Position numbers and translations under genes: made by a program. 64,000 nt of DNA from Spizellomyces punctatus DAOM BR117 (Eukaryota): NCBI GenBank assembly GCA_000182565.2, contig KQ257456.1; one strand, 5' to 3'. Below, piece by piece: positions 28,779 to 41,034 of the stretch. The first letter of the stretch is position 1; each line of letters begins with the position of its first letter. The notes beneath the pieces were generated by a model, which did no database searches, was not told the origin of the DNA, and was given only the letters and a program-made list of their open reading frames with translations.

Positions 28779-30738
28779 ATGTCAAATCCTGTCCCCGAAT
28801 TCACGACCACCCCTCTCAACTCCATTCGGTATTCCCAATCAAATATATCAGCATGTTTCTCTGCACGAGGGGGACGTAAAGAGACGGCTGTCCTCAATAA
28901 GAAATTGCTGACAGACTTGCCGCCTATGGTTGTTGTGCCCTTGGAATCAAATAGCGTAACTACAGCGGATAATCGACGACGCCGTCACTATGAACATCAT
29001 AATCAAACCTCGTGCGATGTTTTGAAAGTGCCGCACGGTCATTCGATTCAAAAGTATCTGGTGGACAAGATTTATCAGCTTCCACTGCTGAAAGACAAGA
29101 AAGCCGCATCCAAAATTTCGGGATTTTACTGTATGCACATCGGATATTGGAGTAAAGAGAACAAAGATTTAGTGCTGCTCACCTGGCGTATCCGTACTCT
29201 AGGACAATTTGTAGAAGCACGCTGTCTAGCTCAGGAGGATGATTTTCCAATTTATGGCAGAATAGCACCGGTCCCCACTGTAGGGTCCCATTCCCGAAAG
29301 GAGTTGAATATCCGCTTGAATGACAGAGAACCTCCAGACTTTTCCCAAGCCAGCAGCGAAATCTTTCGGAGCTCACGCATATATGTTGCCACAAATACGG
29401 ACGCAACTCCAAAAGCAAGTCTTTTCACCCACGAGGTGCGATCAGTTGATAGTATTCGCGACTGGTTAGCAGCTCTTCGTTCTCCGGAAATCCGTGGATG
29501 TTACACAATTATCACCGGAGTAATTCTCGACCAGCGACGACAACCGAGTACTTCCCCGCATGAGTCGGAAGAAGATTCGGACATAGATTTAGGACAGCAA
29601 GAGTTTCCACCTCTTGGTCAAACAGAAGTGAAATCTGCAAGTTCCCAAGTCAGCAAATCGAAAAACCGCAGGTCACGACCCGAAGACGCCGATATCGATA
29701 ATCTGATTGCAGAGTCAATTGCAGAAAGTATTTTAGATGACCATGCTGATGAGGACCTTGATGAGGTGTACAGATGGACTGTAGGAGTGGAGGGCCATAA
29801 TGCTGGACATTATACAGTGACTTCAAATGAGGACCTCGAGCAAATTCCTGTTGGCGGAAGTTTTGATGCCACCAGAAGAAACATGCTCCTATGGAATGAA
29901 GATTGGCTTCGCTTTTTCTCGGCTGACGATGATTCTGGATCCTCTGAGGTATTATCCAGTTTATTTGAATGATTCTTAATTAAATTCACCTCGACATATC
30001 TAGGCGGATGATGATACAAGTCAAAAGATTGCTGACTTGAGCGTGAGCTCGAAAACGCAACAAAGCACGATCGCCCGGTATTCTGAAACCTCTGAGGTAT
30101 TATCTAGTTTATTTAAACGATTCTTAAATAAATTCACCTCGACATAACTAGGAGGATGATGATATAAGTCAAAAGTTTTCTGACTTGAGCGTGAGCTCGA
30201 AAACGCAACAAAGCACGATCGCCCGGTATTTTGTCAACTTCTACGTACAGCAGTCTGGCGTGACATTGGGAGCGATTGCTCTGGCTTGGATGAGCAAGGT
30301 CGGTGGGCCCGTTAAGTGTGCGATAATGAAGAATCTACCTGGATCGAGTAAGTATTAGTATAGAGATACATGACAGCTTCAAGCTGATTTTTGATTCAAT
30401 GTTTTGCAGCAATTGTCACCTTCGTGATGGAGGGTCAAGAACCCAAGGTCCTCCCATCTTTTGACGTGAAAAATAACGGAGAAACAGTTCACGTTCATAT
30501 TGGATGTGTTGGTTTTGACACTAGCGCAATCGATCAAGCGAGAGTATGCGGAGATGATGATGAGATCCCAACCACTTTCCAGTGGCAGGATTTTGATAAT
30601 CCATCTGCGACAGTCGATGCACCCTTTACGTTAAGAATCCCTGCTGAAAGAATCTCGACGATCTCGACGATTGAGACCTCGATGCCTTTCCTTAGAGACA
30701 AAAAGCGGCATTCCTTGTCAAAATCCAGTCAAGCGTGA
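28779..30738 (+). CDS. Uncharacterised ~595-aa protein with putative N-terminal ParB/sulfiredoxin-fold domain (4 exons)
   Basis: Exons 28779-29948, 30004-30096, 30152-30347 and 30410-30738 are joined by GT-AG introns with consistent phases (0,0,1), giving one ORF. N-terminal motifs are IRYSQSNIS, LPPMVVV and TADNRR. Confidence 0.7.
29941..30230 (+). repeat. Tandem direct repeat, period 148 bp (55-nt intron + 93-nt exon)
   Basis: Copies 29941-30082 and 30089-30230 align without gaps, with nine substitutions by my count; the last ~50 nt are identical. Confidence 0.95.
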
Positions 30739-31912
30739 GGGCTCATTGTGTTGGAGACATAGTTAGATCAGGAAGGGATAGTTTGGTTTTTGGTTAGTCT
30801 ATTTTTCATAGACTATGTAATTAACACAAAGGATTTGTTCCTAGACTAATATAACCTTTCTCTACTACCAATCCTAATTACATCTATACTGAACATTTGG
30901 ATAATGTTTTAAGAAAGCTCTTTCATGACGGATTCTCTATAAAAATCCTTGTACTTTGCGACAGCCGATCGGTACACAAGCTTGTCTCAAGGCCTTATAT
31001 AATTCGGCTTCGTTCCAGCACGCTATTCTGCAGTATTCTGTACATGCCATTGTTCTTCTGTACTGGTTCTCAAGTGTGTTTTGACTTATATAATACAACT
31101 TCAATCGGATCGAAAAACATCATCCATGTAAACTCATTTCAACAACACAATATCTCTGATATAATGTGCAAGAGGTGCATGTCGGTGCAAGCGACGCTTC
31201 AGTCAAATAAGTTGAGTGTTCATCGCTAATAACCTTCCAAGTAAATTGTGATCGTCTGCAATAATTGGAGATGGAACTATCATTTCTTTTTTGCTGCAAA
31301 CGTCAAGTCAAAAACGGTCCGATCGCATGATGGATGCTCTGTTGCGCCTTTCCGCCTTTCATCGTTGCAATCTAATTCCTTTTGCGAGGGGAATCTCTCG
31401 ATGGGTACAGACAAAGTAGTGTCAATGCACGTGTGAGCATGCGCTGTGTATGCATTTCCAAAATGGACTATTGAAGCGTGGAAAAACAAGCCTTGTTTGC
31501 CATGAATTTGGTCTCCTGCTGTGGGCTATGCCCCAACGCTGCAACGCAGTGTGCAAAGCAAGGAAATCTGGCCGGTAAATAAAGCGTGTGGATGACGTGA
31601 TTAGGAACAAGATTCTATTTTTGTCCGAATTTCCGTCCGAATCTCCTGCTTTCTTCTTCTTTGGGTTTTTTTTTGCCTCTCCTCGCATGAGCGTCCAATT
31701 TTCTTTTTCACCCCCTTTTTTCTCGTGCTTTGTCGCCTTTCGTCATTGGAGGGGGACTCAGCGTGGGAGACGGTCGTCTGGGCGCGGGGTATAAAAACGT
31801 CAACGTCGCCATCCTCCTCTTGAGTTGAACTTGACATTCCAAAAGGACTTGTCAAAAGCTCGCGCAACCATCATACATACTAGAGACAGCAATAATTAGA
31901 GTACAGTAAAAC

Positions 31913-32404
31913 ATGAAGTGCACACGCTCCCTTCTCGCTACTCTGGTCGTCTGCTGCGCATTCCTCGCCTTGGCTGGAACACCCGTATTCGCGCAACCAT
32001 CTGTGACTGGCCGCCCGTCATCTGGTGTGCCCGCCATCACAGCGCCTCCGTCCCTCCCGGCACTCCCTAGCGACACTGAAGGACCAAGCGGCATTACGGT
32101 GCCAGCCACTATCACCGCTCGGCCTTCAAGTGTGACTTCTGGAGTCGTTGTTCCGACGCCTATTAATGGCACCATTGTCGGCAATGCTACCAGACCTGTC
32201 ACGGGCACTGCCATTGTGCAGCCAACGCCAATCCCAATCAATCCCCGACCAGCTTCTCCCACCGCTCGTTCCACTGCTACCGTGTCACCTCTCCCTCCTT
32301 TCAATGTGAATGCTGCCGGTCGCCTTGCTGAAAACATGGTGGGAGTGACGTGGATCATCACCCTGGCTGTGGGAGCTTTTGTCTATCGCATCGCAGAGTT
32401 TTAG
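31913..32404 (+). CDS. Secreted Pro/Ser/Thr-rich, probably GPI-anchored surface protein
   Basis: Signal peptide (MKCTRSLLATLVVCCAFLALA), P/T/S-rich body, NAAG-like omega site and hydrophobic C-terminus. TATAAAA at 31790-31796. Confidence 0.8.
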   Translation: MKCTRSLLATLVVCCAFLALAGTPVFAQPSVTGRPSSGVPAITAPPSLPALPSDTEGPSGITVPATITARPSSVTSGVVVPTPINGTIVGNATRPVTGTAIVQPTPIPINPRPASPTARSTATVSPLPPFNVNAAGRLAENMVGVTWIITLAVGAFVYRIAEF

Positions 32405-32569
32405 ATGTATATATCATGATGTACCTAGCGCAAGTATTATGGATATTGTGAATAGTGAAAGAATAATAATGTAACGAAAATATACGAAATCACAAGGAAC
32501 ACCAGTCAAATAGCGTCAGTATAATATAACCTAATAGGTGTCTTTGCTGCGAAACATTTCATAGGCATT

Positions 32570-33996
32570 TCAACGCAATTTGACTCCAACCGCTTTCTCA
32601 AATCCAAAGAAATGATTCTCCAGATTCTTACGGCGTTCTTCTAGAGCTTTCCCTTGCTTGGCCAGAACAGCTTTGTGTGCAGAGAGCTCTGATAGTACGG
32701 TCGAGTAAAATGTGTCGTTTTTCCTAAAAAGATCACCACGATTTAAGATGCGAATTTCAACGCAGCCAGCAGAGGGAGACTGCGTACTCAAACGTCTTGT
32801 TAACGTCTTCAAGTTTACTAGCCATCTTGCGTCCTAGCTCTGTGAAAACATCCATACGGTCAAGCGGGGTATACAATGAGCAATTTCTAACGGTTTGACC
32901 ACCTTTCAGCCTGTGACGTATGTCGTCGGCCGTCATACCATGGAGACCATAACGTTCTTCTATGGTCATCTCGGCATCGCTATGCGGCGCTCCGTTCGTA
33001 TCGTTGTCCATAGTGGCATTGTTGACATGATCGTGATGCTGAGTCTGTGTTGGAGCACTGTTGGTCATCATATAGTCCGTGTAGTGTCGTTGCTCAAGTT
33101 GTCGGTGGTTATCCGAATCAGCCGGATACGACTCCCTCATGTGCTCCTGATCCTGCAGCTGTTGCTCCTGGTTCCTTTTGGATGCACTTCGAGCACTCCG
33201 CGCCGAATCTATTCCGTGCGACGCTGCTGACTCTCCCGTAAATGTCTGCTTCTGCGTCCCGACAATATAGACGACCGTACCTTCTGAACCCTGTAACTTT
33301 TGGCTCATACCACTAGATTCAGCTGAATATGATAGCAGCTCTGACTGACTTTGGGATAAACGTGCTTTGTAACAACATGGGTGAGAATAGCCAATGTGAA
33401 ACAACACCGTTGTGGAAAGAAGAATGCACGTACACATGTTGACATAGGATAACTCTTCTTGTTCGCCATCCTTTACGCGGATACCATTCAAGCTGAAGCA
33501 ATATCACTTTTGAATCCGTAGTCATACATACCATTCGCGCGATCACATATTCGTCATCATATGGTTCTACCCATTCGTCCTCATCCTCTGAATATGCAAG
33601 CTCAGTATCTGCGAGACTAGACTCTCGGCTAATTCGTAGCTTCTTCGCCAGCCCAACATTGTTCACGACCAATGTGCCCTCATCTACGTCTTCGGCGTAT
33701 CTCTCTAGCATGGAACGTTTAGGAGCAAGTTTGGCATTGAGAGTAGGCTTGCATGTGTTTTTCGTTTCGGCGTTCCCGCCAGCCGTCTTGGTAAGGTGTG
33801 CTACAGGTGCAGCTGGCTTTTTGAAAGACTTTAAAGAGGGTGTTGTAGTGTCGACATTACCGGATGAGGAATTGGCTGGTCCCGAAGGGCGCAAAAATCG
33901 GTCAATATTTTGAAGGCCGACTGGCGCCTTTATTCGACACTGCGACGAGGAGGATTCACTACCATCTTCTGTGGGCTGCAAAGGTTGTTTTGGCAT
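32570..33996 (-). CDS. Hypothetical low-complexity protein (about 3 exons)
   Basis: Chained minus-strand ORFs 33319-33996, 32757-33491 and 32570-32812 with intron-like junctions and a short C-terminal coiled coil. No family recognised. Confidence 0.55.
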
Positions 33997-34416
33997 TTGG
34001 GTTTACCAATAATTTTGATGAGCAGCAATGCAATGTAGCGCTGTGGGAAAACTGTAGAGTGCAGTGGCTGGCTACTTCATAAGCCCTAAAATGGTGAAAT
34101 AACACAGAATTGTTACGTAATACATTCTCAAACTCCGCTGCAATTCGAAGCTGCGAATCGCGTTGCCGGAACACGAGGGTAGGCAAAGTTGAGCTACCAG
34201 CCGACGATCGCACTTCTTGACGGCTTTGGTAATATCGACAGCAAATATGTTCCTTCTAATCCAATCTTACGAAGACAAGTCAGTTGTGTCAGCACCCTCC
34301 GCACGCGAGACGTCGCCTCAACTGCAATGTTGCTGCTGTTTACATCGGAAACAGGAAATAAACAGATATCCCAACTATTTGAACAACCAAGCTGAAGTCG
34401 AGCGTTCTCCATAAAC

Positions 34417-35623
34417 ATGCCCGAAAGCCCGCATAGGACATCACAAAAGCCCCCTCCGATTCCCTCAAAAAACATTGAGAGATACTCTAAAGGAACGGTA
34501 AACTCACAATCAACACCGCGATATTCGTACATTCTCCCACCGTCCATTGTTGTTCGAGACTCCCTTGAAATTCGAGGAAAGACGAACGATCCACTCTATG
34601 TGGTCGCTTCAAGTAAACCCAACCCAGAGATTTACGACGATGAGAACCCTCGCTCGAATATGGACGACCAACCTGCTGCACCGCGAAACGCTGCCCAACG
34701 TATATCCAGATACAGCGCGCGCAGCTATATCTCGAATTTGAGTTACCTTAATAAGAAAAACTTGGCGCGATTTGGTAGAAGTAAGACCACGTTCCTTATA
34801 AGCAATTCTGTGGTACGCGTTCCATCAGCTGTGTTGATTTCAGATGTATTGTTGCTGTTATTTATGTGCTCTCTATCCATCTACAGCTCATGTTTATTAG
34901 CCTTGCAATTGCGTTATTTGGATTGTTCACCTTTATAAACCACTATCCGATGGCACCCCTTGTTCGTCTAGTGTGCGCCGATCTACTCTTTCTTATTACG
35001 CTGACAACGGCTCTATTTGCTTCGATCGGTTTCGTCGGGTTCTTAGGTGCATTTCTGCATCGCAAAAAGTTGCTCACAATTTACAGTATTCTGCTATGGC
35101 CGGTTCTGGGGGCTGCCATAGTTGCTGGATATATTGCGTACAAGGATGTGAATGGAAATGAATGGTCAGAGAATTTGAGTGAGAGATGGGTAGTCTATGG
35201 CGAGCGAAGGGCGGATATACAAAACAAGGTAGATTGCGTTGATCTCCCATTGTTCCCAACCCAACTAATTTGTTGGCCCTGCGTATGTAGTACGCTTGTT
35301 GTGGATTTTATAGTGCCCTCGATCGTCCACTTCTTGTCGATCATTGCGTCCTCAGCTCTGCTCCGTCAGCTTCGACCGCTAACGCCCCTAATCCTCATCG
35401 ACGTAATCACCTATTCAAGCGGCAAGAGACTCCTGCCGACGCAACACCCTTACGGAAGCAGGTCGCTCGGGATCCCGCAGACATGCAGGGCTGCTACGAA
35501 CCTTGGAATGAATTTGCCAGATGGATCTTGAGAATGATTTATATTTGCGCCTTTTCCTCTATCCCCTTAGTCCTCTTTGTGTTTATTATTGGTTTACTGG
35601 CGGTAAATCATATTTACGACTGA
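34417..35623 (+). CDS. Tetraspanin (Tsp2-like, long N-terminal cytosolic tail)
   Basis: Four hydrophobic helices, GFVGFLGAFLHRKKLL, and a large loop with IQNK/YACCGFY (CCG motif) and later Cys residues. Ends GLLAVNHIYD*. Confidence 0.8.
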
Positions 35624-35856
35624 TACGCAATATGCATTTTGCGATGAGCTGATGCCAAGTATGTGTTAATGAAAATAAAGGATGTGACTGTAAAGTAAAT
35701 AAAAATACATATTGTACATTAAATGAACCTTCCGGCCTGCCTATCCCATATGTCCTTTCACTAGTTGATATACGACGCTACTTTCAATATGGCAAACCAC
35801 TAAATATATATCTTACTCAATATTTACAACAGACGTCCAAGCAACGTCCGAGCTGC

Positions 35857-37071
35857 TTACTCAATATCAGCCATTGCTTGCTCAACAGATTCCGAGGGCA
35901 ATTTCACCAACATCTGCTCTTTCCAAACAAGAAAGTCTTTATATCGTTTTGTCTGTCGTATGTCGGTATGAACGATCTACCAATAAAAAGCAGATTGAAT
36001 GACTTGGTTCAGAAGAGGTGCCGAGATAGTTGCTTACCATTGGGTTAATTCCGCTGACCGCTTCCTCGACATCCCCTTGCTCCGTTCGCCCTGGTGTTCG
36101 GGTGAGCGGAACAGCGGCAGCAGATGACCCCATACGGGCTCGTTTCCTTGGAGTCGGAGTAGCTATCCCAACATCCCCATCCTTCATACGCTTGCTCGGT
36201 GTTCTAAAGCCAGATGGAGTTTCCACTGTGGTCTCTGCGCTACTCTCATCCAGGTCTTCAGTTTCGCCTGACACATGAACAGTGGCGCGTCTTCCACGAC
36301 CCTTCGTAGGCGTCTTTCTGGGAGTCTTTGGTGAAGCCTCATACTTTTCCTTGTCACTTTTCAACTCCTTAATCTCTTCTTTGCAGTGCTCTTCAATTAG
36401 CTGAACAAAGTTGCTGAACTGTGTCGGATTTGACGCTAGTGCCGACGCTTCTCGTTTTCCCAATTTCATCTGCAAGCATGCGAAAGCGGTCATCATGTGG
36501 TCAATCAGGGTCTTTAGAGCCATTACCTACCACCGTCTTGCAGCAAACAAAAAATATCGCGACAATAATATCAGGTCCGTCCCAATCGATTCGTCTTCTT
36601 TGCACGGCCGATAAAGTCGCTCCATAATTTGCCTTGAAGGCCTCCAACAAAAGGTCTGCAGCTGGTATCATTTGGGTCGCTCCAATGCGCACGCCAAGAG
36701 AATGGAATGTGGTCGGTGGTGAAGCGATCTCGAGAATGCTGCGGACTTTTGAAAGTGCACTTGAATACTGGGAAGCAGGAACCTTGAGCTGACTTATAAC
36801 TCGCTGATAGGGGAACATTTCATGTTCACTGAGCCAGAAGTGCCCGAGCATTGGTTAATATGAATTTCCTTGAAATCTTTGCCATGTTTAATAGAACGTA
36901 CAGTTCGCAAGCGAGATGAATGCAGACGAAAGGCAGACAAGAAAGGTATTTTCCGAGACATGCTGCTGCGTTACGGCTGTGAGCAACGCGGAATAGTTCT
37001 GAGCATTTGCCCAGTAATCTCTTATTCAGATTCAACCCCAGTTTCTCGGCTGCATCCTCTATCTCAGACAT
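35857..37071 (-). CDS. ORC6: Origin recognition complex subunit 6
   Basis: N-terminal helical region (CLPFVCIHLACE; TFHSLGVRIG), S/T-P CDK-type sites and C-terminal RYKDFLVWKEQM matching the ORC6 YxxWK-type helix. Confidence 0.8.
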
Positions 37072-37360
37072 AATGGAAAAGCTCAGAGTGGTCGGAAGTA
37101 CCCAGCAGATCTTGCCAGCAACAGTGCTGGCGACGACGTGGTTGTGGCACGGTTGCGGCACAGCAGTTCTTTGGAGATGGGTTGTCTTTGAACCCTTGAG
37201 AGCTTGTGATCTCTGAGATTTTATGCTGTTGGGTTTGAAAAGGTCGTTGACAAGCGCTAGGTTTGAGATTTCCCAACGGTTACCCAGGTAGTTTTTATGT
37301 AGGAAAGATGCAGTCTCAACTGCGTGCTAAACAACCTTTTGTCAGACGACAAAGCCCGTT

Positions 37361-38328
37361 ATGACAGACGTAGAATCGGCATCAGCACATCCTATGGAAG
37401 GCATTGACGAAAGGTTATTGCTACTTCGTATGCGCCTGTATTGATTGTGCTGGGATTGACCGAGCGACTGCACATGTAGAATAACATCCAAGCGTCCGTT
37501 GGACGATGATGAACAGCTGGCAAATAAGCCGGAAACCTCATCCCCACCAGCTCATATAGAACCTGTAAGATATCGTTGTTCTGTGGCTTTCTTGACGACT
37601 TTACTAACAAGCCTTGCGTCAATCAGATGAAGCGCCCTCGGCTCAGCATGGATGCAGGTTTGGAAAAGCGGTCAAAGAGGTTTCTAGGTGTACTCAAGGG
37701 TACTCTCAGCCAATTTATCAAGGAGACTTCTCATAAAACCGAAGCGGTTGGTATCCTTATAGTCTGGGCTGGTTATTTTCCATAGAGCGCTGACATACTT
37801 TCCGCAATTTTTAGGAGAAGAAGCGGGAGGAATTGGAACACAGATTGGCGGAAAAGCTAAAGAAAGATAAGGAGCAGTTGGCGGAAAAGGTCAAGAAAGA
37901 GCAGGAGGAGAGATTCGCTCGACGACAGCTGGAGAAAAAGCAAGAAGACGAACAACGAGAACAGCAGGCGGTACGTTGGTTCGTTCACATATCGTCCTTA
38001 ATGGTGTTGCTTACGACAACTATTGGATGTTTTGCAGAAAGAGTGGATTCGTCAACAAAAGCGCAACATATCCAATTTCATTCAAACGAAATCCGTACCA
38101 CCAATCTTTTTCCTTCCAAAAAATCACAATGACACAACACTCGAGCTTTTAGCTGAAGCTAAACGGCACCTTGCTCTAGAGACGGCAGCCGAGCGTACTG
38201 ATGGGAAGGAAGAAGACGACAAGCCTGAAGAAGACGAAGGTATGGCTCAAAGTCCTGCTGATAAAGTCGAGGAAGGTCATAGCCCAGGAGAAGATAGAAT
38301 GGATATGGTTGAAGAACGTAGCGGTTAA
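37361..38328 (+). CDS. Pinin/SDK/memA domain protein
   Basis: KRSKRFLGVLKGTLSQF, KREELEHRLAEKL and NFIQTKSVPPIFFLP; intron phases are consistent. Confidence 0.8.
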
Positions 38329-38551
38329 CTGAATGGTTTACTCTTCTTGTATGTATGATATCTAAAGCTGTGAATGTGCGGAGCATTGAATCCGTTGATG
38401 TATTTGGAAATAAACAAAACGACTCGACCACTTGGCCACCCATAAAATCCAATGCATTCCATTCGTCGATGACGTGATGACTCAGACATGATCGGGATGC
38501 TTTGCCTAAACCTCAGATGGCAGTCTGCAAGGACAGACAGCATCGTCGAAA

Positions 38552-40359
38552 ATGTCACCTCCCAGCTTGACGAGGGGCTCGCCCTCTACCGTCTCTTTAG
38601 CAGTATCTCTCATTTCGGCCGCACTTGTACAAATCACCGCGGGTACTATCTATTTATTTTCCCTTTACGGCCCTCAGGTACTTCATTGCAGAGGGGCATT
38701 CAACTCTAATTTCGTTCGTCTCACCGCACACTTTTCGTAGTTGACAGACCGCTTCAATTACACACAGAGTCAAACTGCCTTTATAGCTGCTTGCGTGTCA
38801 TGGGGAACGGGCCTCGCCGGTCCACTTGCTGGGTAGGTCAACGAGGGCGAAACTGGACGAGCATCCATTCATGCATATCCCCTAGCCAATTAGTGGACAA
38901 ACATTCCAAGCGCCCGTGGCCAATATTTGTTGTTGGTGGTTCCTTATTGGGAACTGCCTATATGCTCATTAGGTGGGTCTGAAAAGTAGTTATCTTGCAA
39001 GATACATCGAGAATGACAGAACGGATATGTATCTTTACAGTTTGACTTATACTGGATACCTCTCAGGAACCTCCTTTCTTATTGTGGCGGCATACTTTGC
39101 GGCAAGTGGCGTAGGAAGGTATGCTCGCGCAGATAGTCAGCACATTTTAGCATCTTTAATATGTTTGATCTTTCTAGTTCGGCCTGCTATCATTGCGCCC
39201 TAGCCACTAACCTTCGCAACTGGCCACAACACAGACGAGGCCTAGCTGTCGGAATTCCTGTAGGATTTTTCGGTCTCTCAGCCTTCATCTTCGCATCATT
39301 AGCGTCGATGATCTTTTTTGAGCAAGATGAGACCGGTGTCTTCACGCTGAACGTTGCAGCGTTCCTTTGGTTCTTGGCAGCTAGTGCGGTTGGCGTAAAC
39401 GCCATAGCGGCAGCATTGTTAAGGGATTATCGGTATGATGATGACGTTGTAGAGAGATCGCGTGAAGAATGCGATGACGAGGATCAAGCCCCACTTCTCC
39501 CTGGTCACTCAGACGTGTCTCCCGATACCTCAACACCTGCCACCGCCATTCAACGTAGCTTCATCGACGATAACCCGATCTATCGGCAAATTGACTTCTA
39601 CCTTTTGGTAATTACATTTGTCACCTTAGTAGGAATCGGACTAATGTATATTCAAAATGTGGGGGCAATGGGTAAGCATCTCCCTGTCACTGGCTATGTG
39701 GACTACATGTATTAACATGAATTACCTTTTGTCAGTCGTATCCCTTAGCGGAAAGGATGCTACGCCAGGGTCCTCTGAGGTTCAGGAAGCACAGAACCTG
39801 CATGTGACGCTGTTTTCATTATGCAGCTGCGCTGGCCGGATGGGAACAGGCATTCTATCAGATACCGTTTCGTCCAGGCTCGGGGTACCACGGCTTCTTT
39901 GGACAACGGTGGCTGCATTTGTAATGCTGTGTGCCTGCGCGCTTATGGCGTCCATCAACAAATTGAATGAACTGGTGGCAGGCACCGTGTTAGTTGGCCT
40001 GGCGTTCGGCTCCATTTGGACTTCCACCCCTACCCAGGTTGCCGAATTTTTTGGCGCCCACAAATTTGCCACTCACTGGTGAGAGTAAGGTAAATTTGAT
40101 TGAATCAACGCTTTCTAACCATCATAACGTTATTAAAAGGGGTTGGATGACATTGACGCCCGCATTTGGAGGACAGCTTACATCGTTAGTATTCGGCCTC
40201 ATCTACGATGCAAATAAGGCTTCGTCGCGACATTGCAAGGGCTCTTCTTGTTTTGCGCAAACCTTTCTAATTGCGGGGGGCCTTTGCACCCTGAGCCTTA
40301 TATCTTCCCTGATATTACTTAGAAGACGACATCCAAGGATGTTCCAATGTGCTACCTAG
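38552..40359 (+). CDS. MFS transporter, nodulin-like/Mch1 family
   Basis: GTIYLFSLYGPQ, NWPQHRRGLAVGIPVGFFGLSA, GLMYIQNVG, GRMGTGILSD, EFFGAHKFATHWG and CKGSSCF. Confidence 0.88.
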
Positions 40360-41034
40360 GTTTGACCTGCCCATCTAGACCAAAAATGCCAACAAAAGAC
40401 ATTGGAATCCAAAAAACAAATGTGACCAATGACGTGCAAATACCTTTATGTGCGTATATAGCACACATCAATCCACTTCTTCCATTTTCTTCTGCCCTCA
40501 GTTCTTCTACAAATAGAAATTTCTCCTGGAGGTTTCCCCGCCGAGGGTTCGGATAACGTCAAGACCTGCGCCACATTTGGAAATCAACTGCAAAACGCGT
40601 TTATCGCCTTTTGGGATTTTCAACAACTGGTATTTTGGTTCTTTGGGCTCCTATTTTCGCTAATCGTCCAAGATCCGTAAACATTAGCAAGTGCATAATA
40701 TCACGACGACGTCGCGGCTTCATCAAGGTTACCTGGTTGTTGTAACATTTGCTAGGGCGCCATCGCTCTTGTACCTCGTCACCTTTGGGCTGGCCTGCTG
40801 TTTGTGTGGGCAGGCTCAAGGCAGTTCTCAGTTGTGGGTAAGTTTCACAACATTGAAGAAACCGCATACGTTTGTTCAAACGATGGGACGGGCTATGCTC
40901 ATCTTATTTCCTTGGAGTATAGTCGACAGTTGTTAATTTTTGTTCCAAACGTCCACCGTGATTCACGCAAGAGGGGAGCCGCCTTGCCACCTCATCTGGA
41001 AACAGCGCTGGCTTAACGTTGGGACACCATAACG

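Noticed and set aside
29941-30230. Direct repeat interpreted as LTRs, att sites or a CRISPR-like array
   Set aside because: There are only two adjacent copies with no spacer or internal element, and they are fully explained as an intron+exon duplication.
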